From assembly GCA_963715985.1 (NCBI GenBank), contig CAVQSP010000021.1:70864-134863 (forward strand): a stretch of 64,000 nt of DNA. The letters run 5' to 3'. Of this stretch, positions 52,697-61,826 are shown piece after piece (positions within the stretch are counted from its first letter, which is position 1; the number at the start of each line of letters is the position of its first letter). Below the pieces are notes generated by a model. That model had not been told where the DNA came from. It saw only the letters and a program-made list of their open reading frames with translations, and ran no database searches. Both the position numbers and the translations under genes were made by a program. Source of the stretch: an uncultured Thermoleophilia bacterium (GTDB lineage Bacteria; Actinomycetota; Thermoleophilia; UBA2241).

Positions 52697-52799
52697 CCTC
52701 GGCGGACCACGCCTGACGCGGAGGCCAGGTGCCTCGAAAGGGTCAAGGTGCACGACGCGGGGAGTGAGGCGCGCGGCCGCAGAGCCAGGTTGCCGAACA

Positions 52800-53220
52800 C
52801 CTCCGGTTGCTCCCTGGAGCCGCGATGTACCGCGCTCGAGTCGCCCTGGGGCCCCACGCTGAGGACGGCGGAGTGCTCCGCGCTCACCGTGCGCTTCTCT
52901 CCGAAAAGGAGGTAGCGCTGCCTGGTGATGACGAGGTCACCCCTGTCGACGTCGTGCACGCGCTGGAGCTGCGCAGGCTTCCCGAGAGCCGTCTCGTAGG
53001 CGACCAAGGCGATCTGCTCGCCGTCCCGCACTGCGACGGGCGACCGCACCAGGACGTCCGCGGCGTTGAAGCCCGCGTCGCCGTCATCTCACCGGGCGGG
53101 GGCCGTGGTCCTTCGTCAGCCCCAGCCGTCACGCGGACACCCCTGGTCGCCACGACCGGATACATGCTCGTGGAGGCGTGTTCAGTCGGGGGCACCGTTG
53201 GAAGTCCCGTCAGATGAAAT
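52800..53220 (-). pseudogene. degenerate hypothetical gene fragment
   Basis: VDRGDLVITRQRY.FFGEKRTVS looks protein-like; frames are broken. Confidence 0.3.
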
Positions 53221-53304
53221 CGCGATTCGGAGCGTGCCCGGGACGGCGCGGAAGGGCGGGCGCCGGGGCGCCGGGCAGGGACGCGGACCCCGGCGCCGAA
53301 ACGG

Positions 53305-54444
53305 GTGCCGCGCGGTTCCTCTCGCGCGGAGTGCTCGGACGGACTGGTCGGCAGGGGGAGGCGCCACGCCGTGACACGGCGGCACGTGTGCAGGTTCGCA
53401 CCGGCGATCGCGGTGATCTGTCTCGCCGTCAGTCTCCTCGCAAGCTCCGCGGCGCAGGCGCAGCCCTCGAGTCCCGGCACTCCCCACACGCACTCACGCC
53501 TGGTCAGCGGCAAGTACCTGCCGCTCGCCGAGGTGCCGGCCACCGCCGAGGTCGTCACCGTCGGCGCCTACATGGTGAACATCTACAGCATCGACTTTCG
53601 CTCGGACACCTGCTGCATCACCGCCTACGTGTGGTTCACGTGGACGGGCGAGGCCGACCCGACCGCCACGCTCGAGTTCGCCAACGCCGTCGAGGATTGG
53701 CAGCTCAAGGCCACCAAGACCTTCATCACGCCGAAGAAGCTCGCCGACGGCTCCAAGTATCAGGAGATGCGGGTCAACGGGCGCTTCTACCAGCCGTACG
53801 ACCTGCAGGAGTATCCCCTGGACAGCCAGCAGATCGCCCTGTACCTGGAGGACTCAAGACGGACGGTGAACGAGGCGGTCTACCTCGCCGACACGGAGAA
53901 CGCCGGGGTCGACGCCAGCATGAACATCCCCGGCTGGACCGTGTCGGGCCTCACGTCGCAGACGATGATCCACGACTACCAGACCGACTTCGGCGACTCC
54001 TCCGCCGGCCCTGACTCGACCCGGTTCACGAGCCTCGTGTACTCGGTGGAGATCGAGCGCGACATCAGCTACTTCTACTGGAAGCTGCTGTTCCCGCTGG
54101 TGATCGTGCTGCTCACGAACTGGCTGGCGCTGCTGTTGCGACCGCATTGGATCGACCTGCGCACCGGCATGCCCGCCACGGCTTTGCTGACGCTGGTCTT
54201 CCTCCAGGTCACCTACTCGTCCGGGCTGCCGGAGACCGCGTACCTCGTCCTCATGGACAAGATCTACGTGCTCGCCTACGCGATGATCATCATCACCCTG
54301 CTGCAGATCATCTGGAGCAACCACAGGCTCAAGCAGGGCGAGCACGGGGTGATCCACGAGGTGCGGCGCCTGGACGTGGCGAGCGCGATCGTCCAGTTCT
54401 CGGTGTTCTGGACGGTGCTGATTTACTTCATCGTCACGACGTAG
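53305..54444 (+). CDS. prokaryotic pentameric ligand-gated ion channel (GLIC/ELIC-like)
   Basis: Signal peptide, beta-rich ectodomain with DLQEYPLDSQ Pro-loop, YFYWKLLFP M1, TALLTLV M2, LPETAYLVLMDKI M2-M3, four TM helices. Confidence 0.82.
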   Translation: MPRGSSRAECSDGLVGRGRRHAVTRRHVCRFAPAIAVICLAVSLLASSAAQAQPSSPGTPHTHSRLVSGKYLPLAEVPATAEVVTVGAYMVNIYSIDFRSDTCCITAYVWFTWTGEADPTATLEFANAVEDWQLKATKTFITPKKLADGSKYQEMRVNGRFYQPYDLQEYPLDSQQIALYLEDSRRTVNEAVYLADTENAGVDASMNIPGWTVSGLTSQTMIHDYQTDFGDSSAGPDSTRFTSLVYSVEIERDISYFYWKLLFPLVIVLLTNWLALLLRPHWIDLRTGMPATALLTLVFLQVTYSSGLPETAYLVLMDKIYVLAYAMIIITLLQIIWSNHRLKQGEHGVIHEVRRLDVASAIVQFSVFWTVLIYFIVTT

Positions 54445-54580
54445 CGGCGGGAGCGACTGCGCCTTGGCGCGAATCGCGCCGGCGGTCGGTCTCAACGCGG
54501 CGTACGCGGCGAACGTCATCCCCGGCAGGGTATTGATGCTATGATGCAGTGGCCAGATGCTTCGACGCATGGAGACCATC

Positions 54581-54862
54581 GTGCGCACCACACTGACCAT
54601 CGACGACCACCTCCTCACTGAGTACAAGAAGGTCGCGGCACAGACGCACCGCACGCTCAGCTACGTCATCCAGGACGCGCTGCGCGAGACGCTCATGCGG
54701 CGCCATGAAGCTGCCGCGCGGCCGCCGGTACGCCTGCCGGTCATCGGAGGGGGAGGCCTTCGGCCCGGCGTCGATCTCGACGACAACGCGCGCACGCTCG
54801 AACTGCTCGAGGGCGAGCGGGACGATGCGCTGCGCGAGGCTCTGCACGGTGACGGCGCATGA
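54581..54862 (+). CDS. vapB: VapB-type RHH antitoxin
   Basis: MRTTLTIDDHLL...TLSYVIQDALR...GLRPGVDLDD. Confidence 0.85.
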   Translation: MRTTLTIDDHLLTEYKKVAAQTHRTLSYVIQDALRETLMRRHEAAARPPVRLPVIGGGGLRPGVDLDDNARTLELLEGERDDALREALHGDGA

Positions 54863-54869
54863 ACGGTCG

Positions 54870-55301
54870 ATGATCCTGCCGGACGTCAACGTGCTGGTCT
54901 ATGCGGCGCGCGACGACGCGGCGGCAAACGCTCGGTACCGGGAGTGGCTCGAACACGCGCTTGCGGGTCCCGAGCCCGTAGCTCTGGCGACGCCGGTCCT
55001 CGCGAGCTTCCTGCGCGTCGTCACCAACCCGCGCGTCTTCGCGCAGCCAAGTGAGCTGCACGACGCCCTCCGCTTCGTGGACGCGGTGCTCGCCGGCCCC
55101 GCCGCCACAGTGCCGGCGCTCTCGCAGCGGCTCGCCGGCCTCCTGACGGAGGTGTGCCGGCGCGCCGGCGCCACCGCCGACCGCGTCCCGGACGCCTACC
55201 TCGCGGCCATCGCCCTGGATCTGGACGCCGAACTGGTCACCGCCGACCGCGGCTTCGCGCGCTTCGCCGGCCTGCGCTGGCGCCACCCGCTGGACGCGTA
55301 G
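54870..55301 (+). CDS. vapC: VapC PIN toxin
   Basis: ILPDVNVLVYA, FLRVVTNPRVF, VPDAYLAAIA, TADRGFARF. Confidence 0.92.
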   Translation: MILPDVNVLVYAARDDAAANARYREWLEHALAGPEPVALATPVLASFLRVVTNPRVFAQPSELHDALRFVDAVLAGPAATVPALSQRLAGLLTEVCRRAGATADRVPDAYLAAIALDLDAELVTADRGFARFAGLRWRHPLDA

Positions 55302-55415
55302 GCGCCGGCCGCGATCCGCCCGGCCGGAGCGTGCATCCCGGCGGCGGGCCGCTGGCGCGACAGTCCCTGAGCCCTCAGTCTTGCAGCGCCGCCCATCGGC
55401 CCAGCGCCCGCCGTA

Positions 55416-55672
55416 TAGAATCCGCATGACTGGAGGCGCGACCCGATGCGGCTGATCCCACCCATCATGGCGGAGAGCACGCGGAGCGACGGCGAGCGCG
55501 CCGTGTTCGAGGCGCTCGCCGCGTCGGAGCGGGCGGGCAAGGGGGTGGCCGGCGGGCCGGCCGGCGGCAGCGCCGCCGGCCCCGACACCACCTCCTGGAC
55601 GGTCCTCCACTCCTTCGACATCGCCGAGCACCGCCGGCGGCTGGCGGGAGAGATCGACTTCCTCTGCCTGGT
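55416..55672 (+). repeat. duplicated promoter and 5' end of the NERD-helicase gene (partner 61797-62053)
   Basis: Near-identical from TAGAAT/GGAGG through MRLIPPI...GEIDFLCLV, then abrupt divergence. Confidence 0.9.
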
Positions 55673-56158
55673 ACGGAGGCGATGCCGGCGAGATCCGCGC
55701 CGCACTCCAGCGCGACGACGACGATCGCCGTGCTCAGATCGCCGGTAGGCGCACCCTCGCTCACGTGACGGTCAGGCTCCGGGCGAGCACACGACGAGGC
55801 CGGCCTGGCCGTCCACGCTGGACGACCCCATGGCGCCACTCTCGCCGCCGACGGCGTGAGCGAGCTCTGCGTCGTCCAGACCGCCCGTCTGTGCTGCCTC
55901 GCCCGGCATGGCACGGCTCCTCTCGCCGTCGCGGGGGCTCGGGTCGACTGGCTCAGTATGGTCGGGCGCCGCGTCTTCGCCCGTCCCCCGGCGACTCCCC
56001 AGCGTTCCCTTGACAGGTCGCTCCCTTGCGCGTTCACTGGTGCCACTCGGCGCTCCAACCACGCCGTCACCTGTGACACCCAGAGTTGCGTGAGGCCCGG
56101 CACGTCTGACCCGGAACTACCCCGCGACGCGGCGCGGGGGCAGCTATGAGGGGGAGTA

Positions 56159-57778
56159 ATGGATGACCAGCAGCGCGTCAGCTCCACGGATGAGGATCGG
56201 GGCGTCGGGGGCAGGTTCACCCGCCGGCAGGCGCTGCAGGGGGCGGCAGCCCTGGGCGCTGCCGCCGGTCTCGGCTCGCTCCTCACCGCGTGCGGGTCGT
56301 CGGGCTCGAGTTCGGGCACGGCGGCTTCCCCGAGCTCATCGGCGGCGGCCAAGAAGGGCGGCGACCTGCTCATCGGCGTCGCCGGCGGTTCAGCCAAGGA
56401 CACGCTCGATGCGCAGATGTCCATCAACGAGCCCGACATCGCGCGGCAGTTCCAGCTGTACGACTCTCTTGTCGGGCACGACCGCAACTACCAGATCGTC
56501 AGTCTCCTGGCCGAGGAAGTGACGCCGTCCGCCGACGCCAAGACGTGGACGGTGAAGCTCAAGCAGGGGCTCGAGTTCCACGACGGCAAGACCGTGACCG
56601 CCGACGACGTGCTGTTCAGCTTCCAGCGCATCCTGGATCCCAAGAACCCCAAGGCCGGCTCCGAGATGCTGCAGGGTCTCACCGCCTCCGGGGTCAAGAA
56701 GGTCGACGATCTCACCGTGCAGTTCGCCCTGGAGCGTCCCAACGCCGTGTTCGACGTCGGACTGGCCTACTACCAGAACACGGTCATCCCCATCGGCTAC
56801 GACCCCAAGAAGCCCATCGGGACGGGCGCGTTCAAGTTCACCAGCTGGCGCCCGGGCCTGGACAGCGACTTCGCGCGCTTCGACAACTACTGGGGCGAGG
56901 TCGCCAACGTCGACACCGTGAAGACCATCGAGTTCCCGGACGACACCGCCCGCGTCAACGCGCTGCTCAGCGGCGACGTGCACATGATCTCCAACCTCCC
57001 GGGCGCGCAGGTCACCACCGTGAGCGCCGAGCCGAGCTTCAAGGTGCTCAACTCGCCGAGCGGTGGCTGGATCCCCTTCACGATGCGCGTGGACATCCCG
57101 CCCTTCAACGACGTGCGCGTGCGCCAGGCCATGCGGCTCATCGTCGACCGTCAGCAGATGCTGGACCTGGCCCTCAACGGCCAGGGCCGCATCGGCAATG
57201 ACCTGTACGCCGTCGAGGACCCTGTGTATGCGTCCGACCTGCCGCAGCGCCAGCAGGACCTGGAGCAGGCCAAGTCGTTGCTGGCCCAGGCCGGCAAGAG
57301 CGACCTCACGGTCGAGCTGCCCACGTCGTCGGACTACGTCGGCTTCCCCGAGTCGGCGCAGGTCATCAGCCAGCAGGCTCTGAAGGCCGGAGTCACGATC
57401 AACGTCAAGAAGCTGGACTCCGGCACCTACTGGGACGGCTACCTCAAGTTCCCGTTCGCGCAGGACTTCTGGTACACGCGCGAGTACCTGCCGCAGACGG
57501 CGGCCGGTTCTCTGCCCGGCGCCCCGTACAACGAGTGTCACTGGAGCGATCCCGAGTGGGTGGCTCTCATCAAGCAGGCCTTCCGCACCGTGGACGCCGC
57601 CAAGCGCAAGGAGTTGTGCCACGCGGCGCAGGTCATCGAGTACGACCGCGGCGGCTACATCGTCTGGGCGTTCAACAACCAGGTGGATGCGCACAGCACC
57701 CAGGTCCAGGGCGTCTACGAGGACAAGTCGGGCATCCCTCTCATGAGCTGGCACTTCAACACGGTGTGGCTCGGTTGA
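56159..57778 (+). CDS. ABC transporter substrate-binding lipoprotein (peptide/nickel family 5)
   Basis: TRRQAL Tat signal + LTAC lipobox; FHDGKTVTADDV; PIGTGAFK; PFNDVRVRQAM. Confidence 0.93.
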   Translation: MDDQQRVSSTDEDRGVGGRFTRRQALQGAAALGAAAGLGSLLTACGSSGSSSGTAASPSSSAAAKKGGDLLIGVAGGSAKDTLDAQMSINEPDIARQFQLYDSLVGHDRNYQIVSLLAEEVTPSADAKTWTVKLKQGLEFHDGKTVTADDVLFSFQRILDPKNPKAGSEMLQGLTASGVKKVDDLTVQFALERPNAVFDVGLAYYQNTVIPIGYDPKKPIGTGAFKFTSWRPGLDSDFARFDNYWGEVANVDTVKTIEFPDDTARVNALLSGDVHMISNLPGAQVTTVSAEPSFKVLNSPSGGWIPFTMRVDIPPFNDVRVRQAMRLIVDRQQMLDLALNGQGRIGNDLYAVEDPVYASDLPQRQQDLEQAKSLLAQAGKSDLTVELPTSSDYVGFPESAQVISQQALKAGVTINVKKLDSGTYWDGYLKFPFAQDFWYTREYLPQTAAGSLPGAPYNECHWSDPEWVALIKQAFRTVDAAKRKELCHAAQVIEYDRGGYIVWAFNNQVDAHSTQVQGVYEDKSGIPLMSWHFNTVWLG

Positions 57779-57807
57779 TCGAGCGCCGCGCTGCGGCGGA
57801 GGCCTGA

Positions 57808-58765
57808 GTGGGCCTCACCAAGCTGATCCTGCGCCGCATCGCCCTCGGCCTGCTGACGCTCTTCATGGTGTCGCTGGTGGTGTTCGCGGCCACGCAGGCG
57901 CTGCCCGGAGACGCCGCTCACGCCATCCTCGGCAAGTCGGCCACGCCGGAGCGGCTGACCGCGCTGCGCGAGCAGCTGGGCCTCGACCGCCCGAAGACGA
58001 CGCAGTACGCCCTGTGGCTCAAGGGCGCGGTGGTCGGCAACTTCGGCACGTCGTTGGCGCAGGGCACCAGCGTGACCAGCCTCCTGGGCTTCCGTCTCAA
58101 GAACACCGCCGCGCTTGTTCTCTGGTCGGCGCTCATCAGCGTGCCGCTCTCGATCCTCATCGGGGCCTACTCCGCGTATCGCCGCGACGGACCGTTCGAC
58201 ACGACCCACTCGGTCGTCAGTCTGAGCCTGGCTTCGCTGCCGGAGTTCGTCATCGGCATCTTGCTCATCATGCTGTTCGCCACGCAGGTGTTCCACGTGT
58301 TCCCTGCCATCTCCAGGATCCCGTCCGGCCAGTCGGTGTGGAACTCCCCGGAGAGGCTCGTGTTGCCCGTCCTCGCACTCGTCCTCTCGGTGCAGCCGTA
58401 CATAGCCGCATCCTGCGCGCTTCGCTAATAGACGTCATGGAGAGCGACTACATCCAGATGGCGCGCCTCAAGGGCCTCAAGGAGCGGACGGTGGTAGCGC
58501 GTCACGCGCTGCCCAACGGACTGGCGCCCACGATCCAGGCGACTGCGATTTCCCTGGCCTGGCTCGCCGGCGGCGTGGTCGTCATCGAGTACCTGTTCGC
58601 TTTTCCGGCATCGGCTCCCTGTACGTCGATGCGGTCGGGAGTCGCGACGTGCCGGTGATCCAGGCGATCACACTGATCATCGCCGCCCTCTACATCGGGC
58701 TCAATCTGGCCGCGGACATCATCACGATCCTCATCAGCCCGCGGCTCAGGACGAGCCTGCAGTAG
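57808..58765 (+). CDS. ABC transporter permease (DppB-like); frameshifted
   Basis: LPGDAA, LGLDRP, SLPEF, DYIQMARLKGL, RHALPN, VIEYLF. Confidence 0.88.
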
Positions 58766-58864
58766 GTGACAACCTCGGGGGGTCGGCGCCGGGAGAGTAA
58801 ACGTCAGTGTGGAACGTGTGAGCCGCGGCCCGGCGACGGGCAGCGACGAATAGTGGAGGTGGTC

Positions 58865-60297
58865 ATGCGCGCCCGGTTCGAATGGACCTCGAAGGAGGAG
58901 CGTCAAAGCATCGTCGACGAGGCCGTGGGTCTCCTCGAGCGCGTCGGCATGGACTTCGGCCATGGAGATGCGCTCGAGACGCTCGCCGAGGCGGGAGCGG
59001 AGGTCGATCGCGAGCGCGGCGTGGCCAGGATCCCCACCCATCTCGTGGAGGAGGCGCTGGCCCTCTGCCCGCGCGAGATCCTGCTCGCGGGGGCCACGCC
59101 CGCGCACGACTGTCTGCTCGGCGAGGGCGTCGCGCACTTCACCAACTCGGGCTCGCCGCCGCAGGCGCTCGACTTCGAGACGGGGGTGCGGCGCTCCAGC
59201 ACCCTGGACGACCTCGGCAAGGCCACCATGCTCCTCGACACCGCGTGCACGGCCATCATGTGGGCCATCTGCACCGCCACCGACCTGCCGGAGTCGCGCA
59301 GGATGCTGGCCGAGCTGATCCCGATGCTCTCCTGGACGCAGATGCACGTGCAGCACGAGGTGGAGGGCCGCTGGCAGCTCGAAGCGTTCAAGCGCATGGG
59401 CGAGGTGGCCGGCGACGATCCGCGCTCGCGGCCGCGGCTGAGCATCGTCTGCTGCACGTCTTCGCCACTCCATGCCCACAGCGAGCTTCTGGACACGTCA
59501 ACGGACGTGGTGGCCATGGGGTACCCCGTGGTCGTCCTGCCCATGCCGATAGGCGGCGCCACGGCGCCCCTCACGATCGCCGGCATGGCGACATGAACAC
59601 CGCGGAGTTCCTGGGTGCCGCCACGGCGATCAAGCTTCGGGCCCCAGATGCGCGGCTGATCATGGGCATCGGCCCCGGGCTGATCGACATGAAGCAGACC
59701 ACGTATTGCTTCGGGGCCGTGGAGGCCGGCGTCTCGGCGGCGGTGTGCGTGGAGGTCGCCCACCACCTCGGTGTGCCCTGCCTGGCGCCGGCGCTCGCGT
59801 CCGACGCCAAGTACCCGGGCATCCAGGCCGGCTACGAGAAGGCGCTCAAGGGCTTGACCGTCGCCTCGGCGCGGCCCGACCTGATGACCGGCGGCATCGG
59901 CGTGCTGCAGGGCGCCGGCCTCATGTCACTGCCGCAGATCGTCATCGACGACGAGATCGCGCAGATGATACTGCGCACTCTCGACGGCGCCGAGATCACT
60001 CGTGCGACGATCATGCCGGAAGCCATGGAGCGTGTCGGTCTGACCGGCAACTTCCTCACCGAGAAGGACACCACGCGACGCCTGCGGGCGGGCGAGATCT
60101 TCCTGCCCAGGGTGTCGGACCGCCAGTCGTATGAGCACTGGGAGGCGCACGGCGGCAACGAGCTCGACACCGCGGTGGCCCGCGTGCGCGAGCTCGTCGC
60201 GGCTGCAGAGGAGCGCGGGCCGTGGCTCAGCGACGGGCAGGTGGCCGAGCTGAACGCATGCGTGGACGAGGCGGCCAAGGCTTCGCCGTTGGCCTGA
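58865..60297 (+). CDS. trimethylamine methyltransferase (MttB superfamily); frameshift near 59590
   Basis: LLERVGMDF, SSPL, GGATAPLTIAG, NTAEFLG, DMKQTT..FG, SDAKYPGIQAGYEK, QIVIDDE, GNFL. Confidence 0.85.
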
Positions 60298-60312
60298 GAG
60301 AAGGGGTGACCA

Positions 60313-61761
60313 GTGGCATCTGCGCCTGAACACCGGCACGACCATCCTGCTGCTGCCGTCTACTGGATGGGCGGCGACGCGCGCTGGCAGCCGCCGTCAG
60401 ATGTGACGCCTCTTACGGCTGCCGTCGAGGCCGACGTCTGCATCGTCGGCGGCGGGTTCACCGGCCTGTGGAGCGCGCTCCACATCAAGAAGCTCTCGCC
60501 CGGCACCGAGGTGGTCCTGCTCGAACGCGAGTTTTGCGGCTCCGGCGCCGCCGGCCGCAACGGCGGGTGGGTTAACTGCTTCGAGGGCGACCTGGCGCAC
60601 TTCATCGAGCTGTTCGGCGAGCAAGCGGCGCTCTGGCTGGTCGACGCTTCCGGACGCAGCCTGGACGAGATGGGGGAGACCATCCGTGAGGGCGGAATAG
60701 ACTGCGACTTCGCCCTCCACGGCGGGCTCACAGTGGCAACGTGCGAGGCACACCTCGTCTATTGGGCCGAGCTGGTGCCGGCCGCGAGGCGGGTGGGCCG
60801 CGAGGGGCTCTTCCGCGTGCTCTCGGCGGAGGAGGCCCGGGCAGCCTCCGGCTGCCCGGACGCCACTGGCGCGCTCGAGATGTTGCACGCCGGCAGCGTG
60901 CAGCCGGCGCTCCTGGCGCAGGGGTTGCGCCGACTGGCCATCCAAGCCGGCGTGCGGGTCTTCGAGATGAGCCCCATGACCCGCTTCACGCGCACGCGGC
61001 CGGCGCGCGTGGAGACTCCGGCCGGCTCCGTGGTCGCGGACCGGCTGATCCTGGCGGCATCGTCGTGGCTCGCCGGGGTCACCGAGCTGCAGCGCACCCT
61101 GTACATCATCCCCGCGCACGTGGTCGCGACGGCGCCGTGCCCCGAGCAGCTCGACCGCGTCGGCTGGGTCAATGGCAAGCCGTTCGCCGACGCGCGCACC
61201 ACCGTCCACTACGGGCAGCGGACCGCCGACGACCGTATGGTCTTCGGCCGCGGCGGCGGTCGTCTGGGCTATCGCGGGCGCGTCATACCCGCGCACTTCC
61301 ACGACGAACGTGAGGCTCGCGAGATCGTGGCAGACATGCGGCAGCTCATGCCGGTCATGAACTGCGTGCCGGTCGCCTGGCGGTGGGGAGGTCCCGTGGA
61401 CCGTGCCCAGCACGGGTCCCCCTGGATCGGCACCCTCGGCCGGCAGCGCAACATCAATTACGGTGCCGGGTACTCGGGCAACGGCGTCGGGCCCTCGCAC
61501 TTCGTGGGCCGTACGCTGGCGTCGCTGGCCCTCGGGCTGGAGGACGACTACGCGACGCATCCGCTCGTCTCCGACCCGCCGAGCTACCTGCCCATGGAAC
61601 CGGCCCGCTTTGTCGCCGCGCGCCTGGTCAGGTCGGCGATTAAGCGCTGCGAGGACGCTGAGGCCGCCGGCAAGCAGCCGGATCCGGTGTCCAGGCAGCT
61701 GCGTAGGGCGCTCGGCGTCTCGCTGCCCAGGGGTGTGGAGGTGTGGCGCCTGCGCGAATAG
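60313..61761 (+). CDS. FAD-dependent oxidoreductase (DAO / PuuB-like amine oxidase)
   Basis: DVCIVGGGFTGL, GAAGRNGG, VQPALL, WGGPVD, GYSGNGVGPS. Confidence 0.9.
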   Translation: MASAPEHRHDHPAAAVYWMGGDARWQPPSDVTPLTAAVEADVCIVGGGFTGLWSALHIKKLSPGTEVVLLEREFCGSGAAGRNGGWVNCFEGDLAHFIELFGEQAALWLVDASGRSLDEMGETIREGGIDCDFALHGGLTVATCEAHLVYWAELVPAARRVGREGLFRVLSAEEARAASGCPDATGALEMLHAGSVQPALLAQGLRRLAIQAGVRVFEMSPMTRFTRTRPARVETPAGSVVADRLILAASSWLAGVTELQRTLYIIPAHVVATAPCPEQLDRVGWVNGKPFADARTTVHYGQRTADDRMVFGRGGGRLGYRGRVIPAHFHDEREAREIVADMRQLMPVMNCVPVAWRWGGPVDRAQHGSPWIGTLGRQRNINYGAGYSGNGVGPSHFVGRTLASLALGLEDDYATHPLVSDPPSYLPMEPARFVAARLVRSAIKRCEDAEAAGKQPDPVSRQLRRALGVSLPRGVEVWRLRE

Positions 61762-61826
61762 TCAGGCCCTTGCGCCGCCCTTCCTGGTCCGGGCTGTAGA
61801 ATCGGGGCGACTGGAGGCGCGACCCG

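Noticed and set aside
56010-56155. Riboswitch in the leader of the ABC binding-protein gene
   Set aside because: A TTGACA and a small palindrome are present, but no recognisable riboswitch consensus
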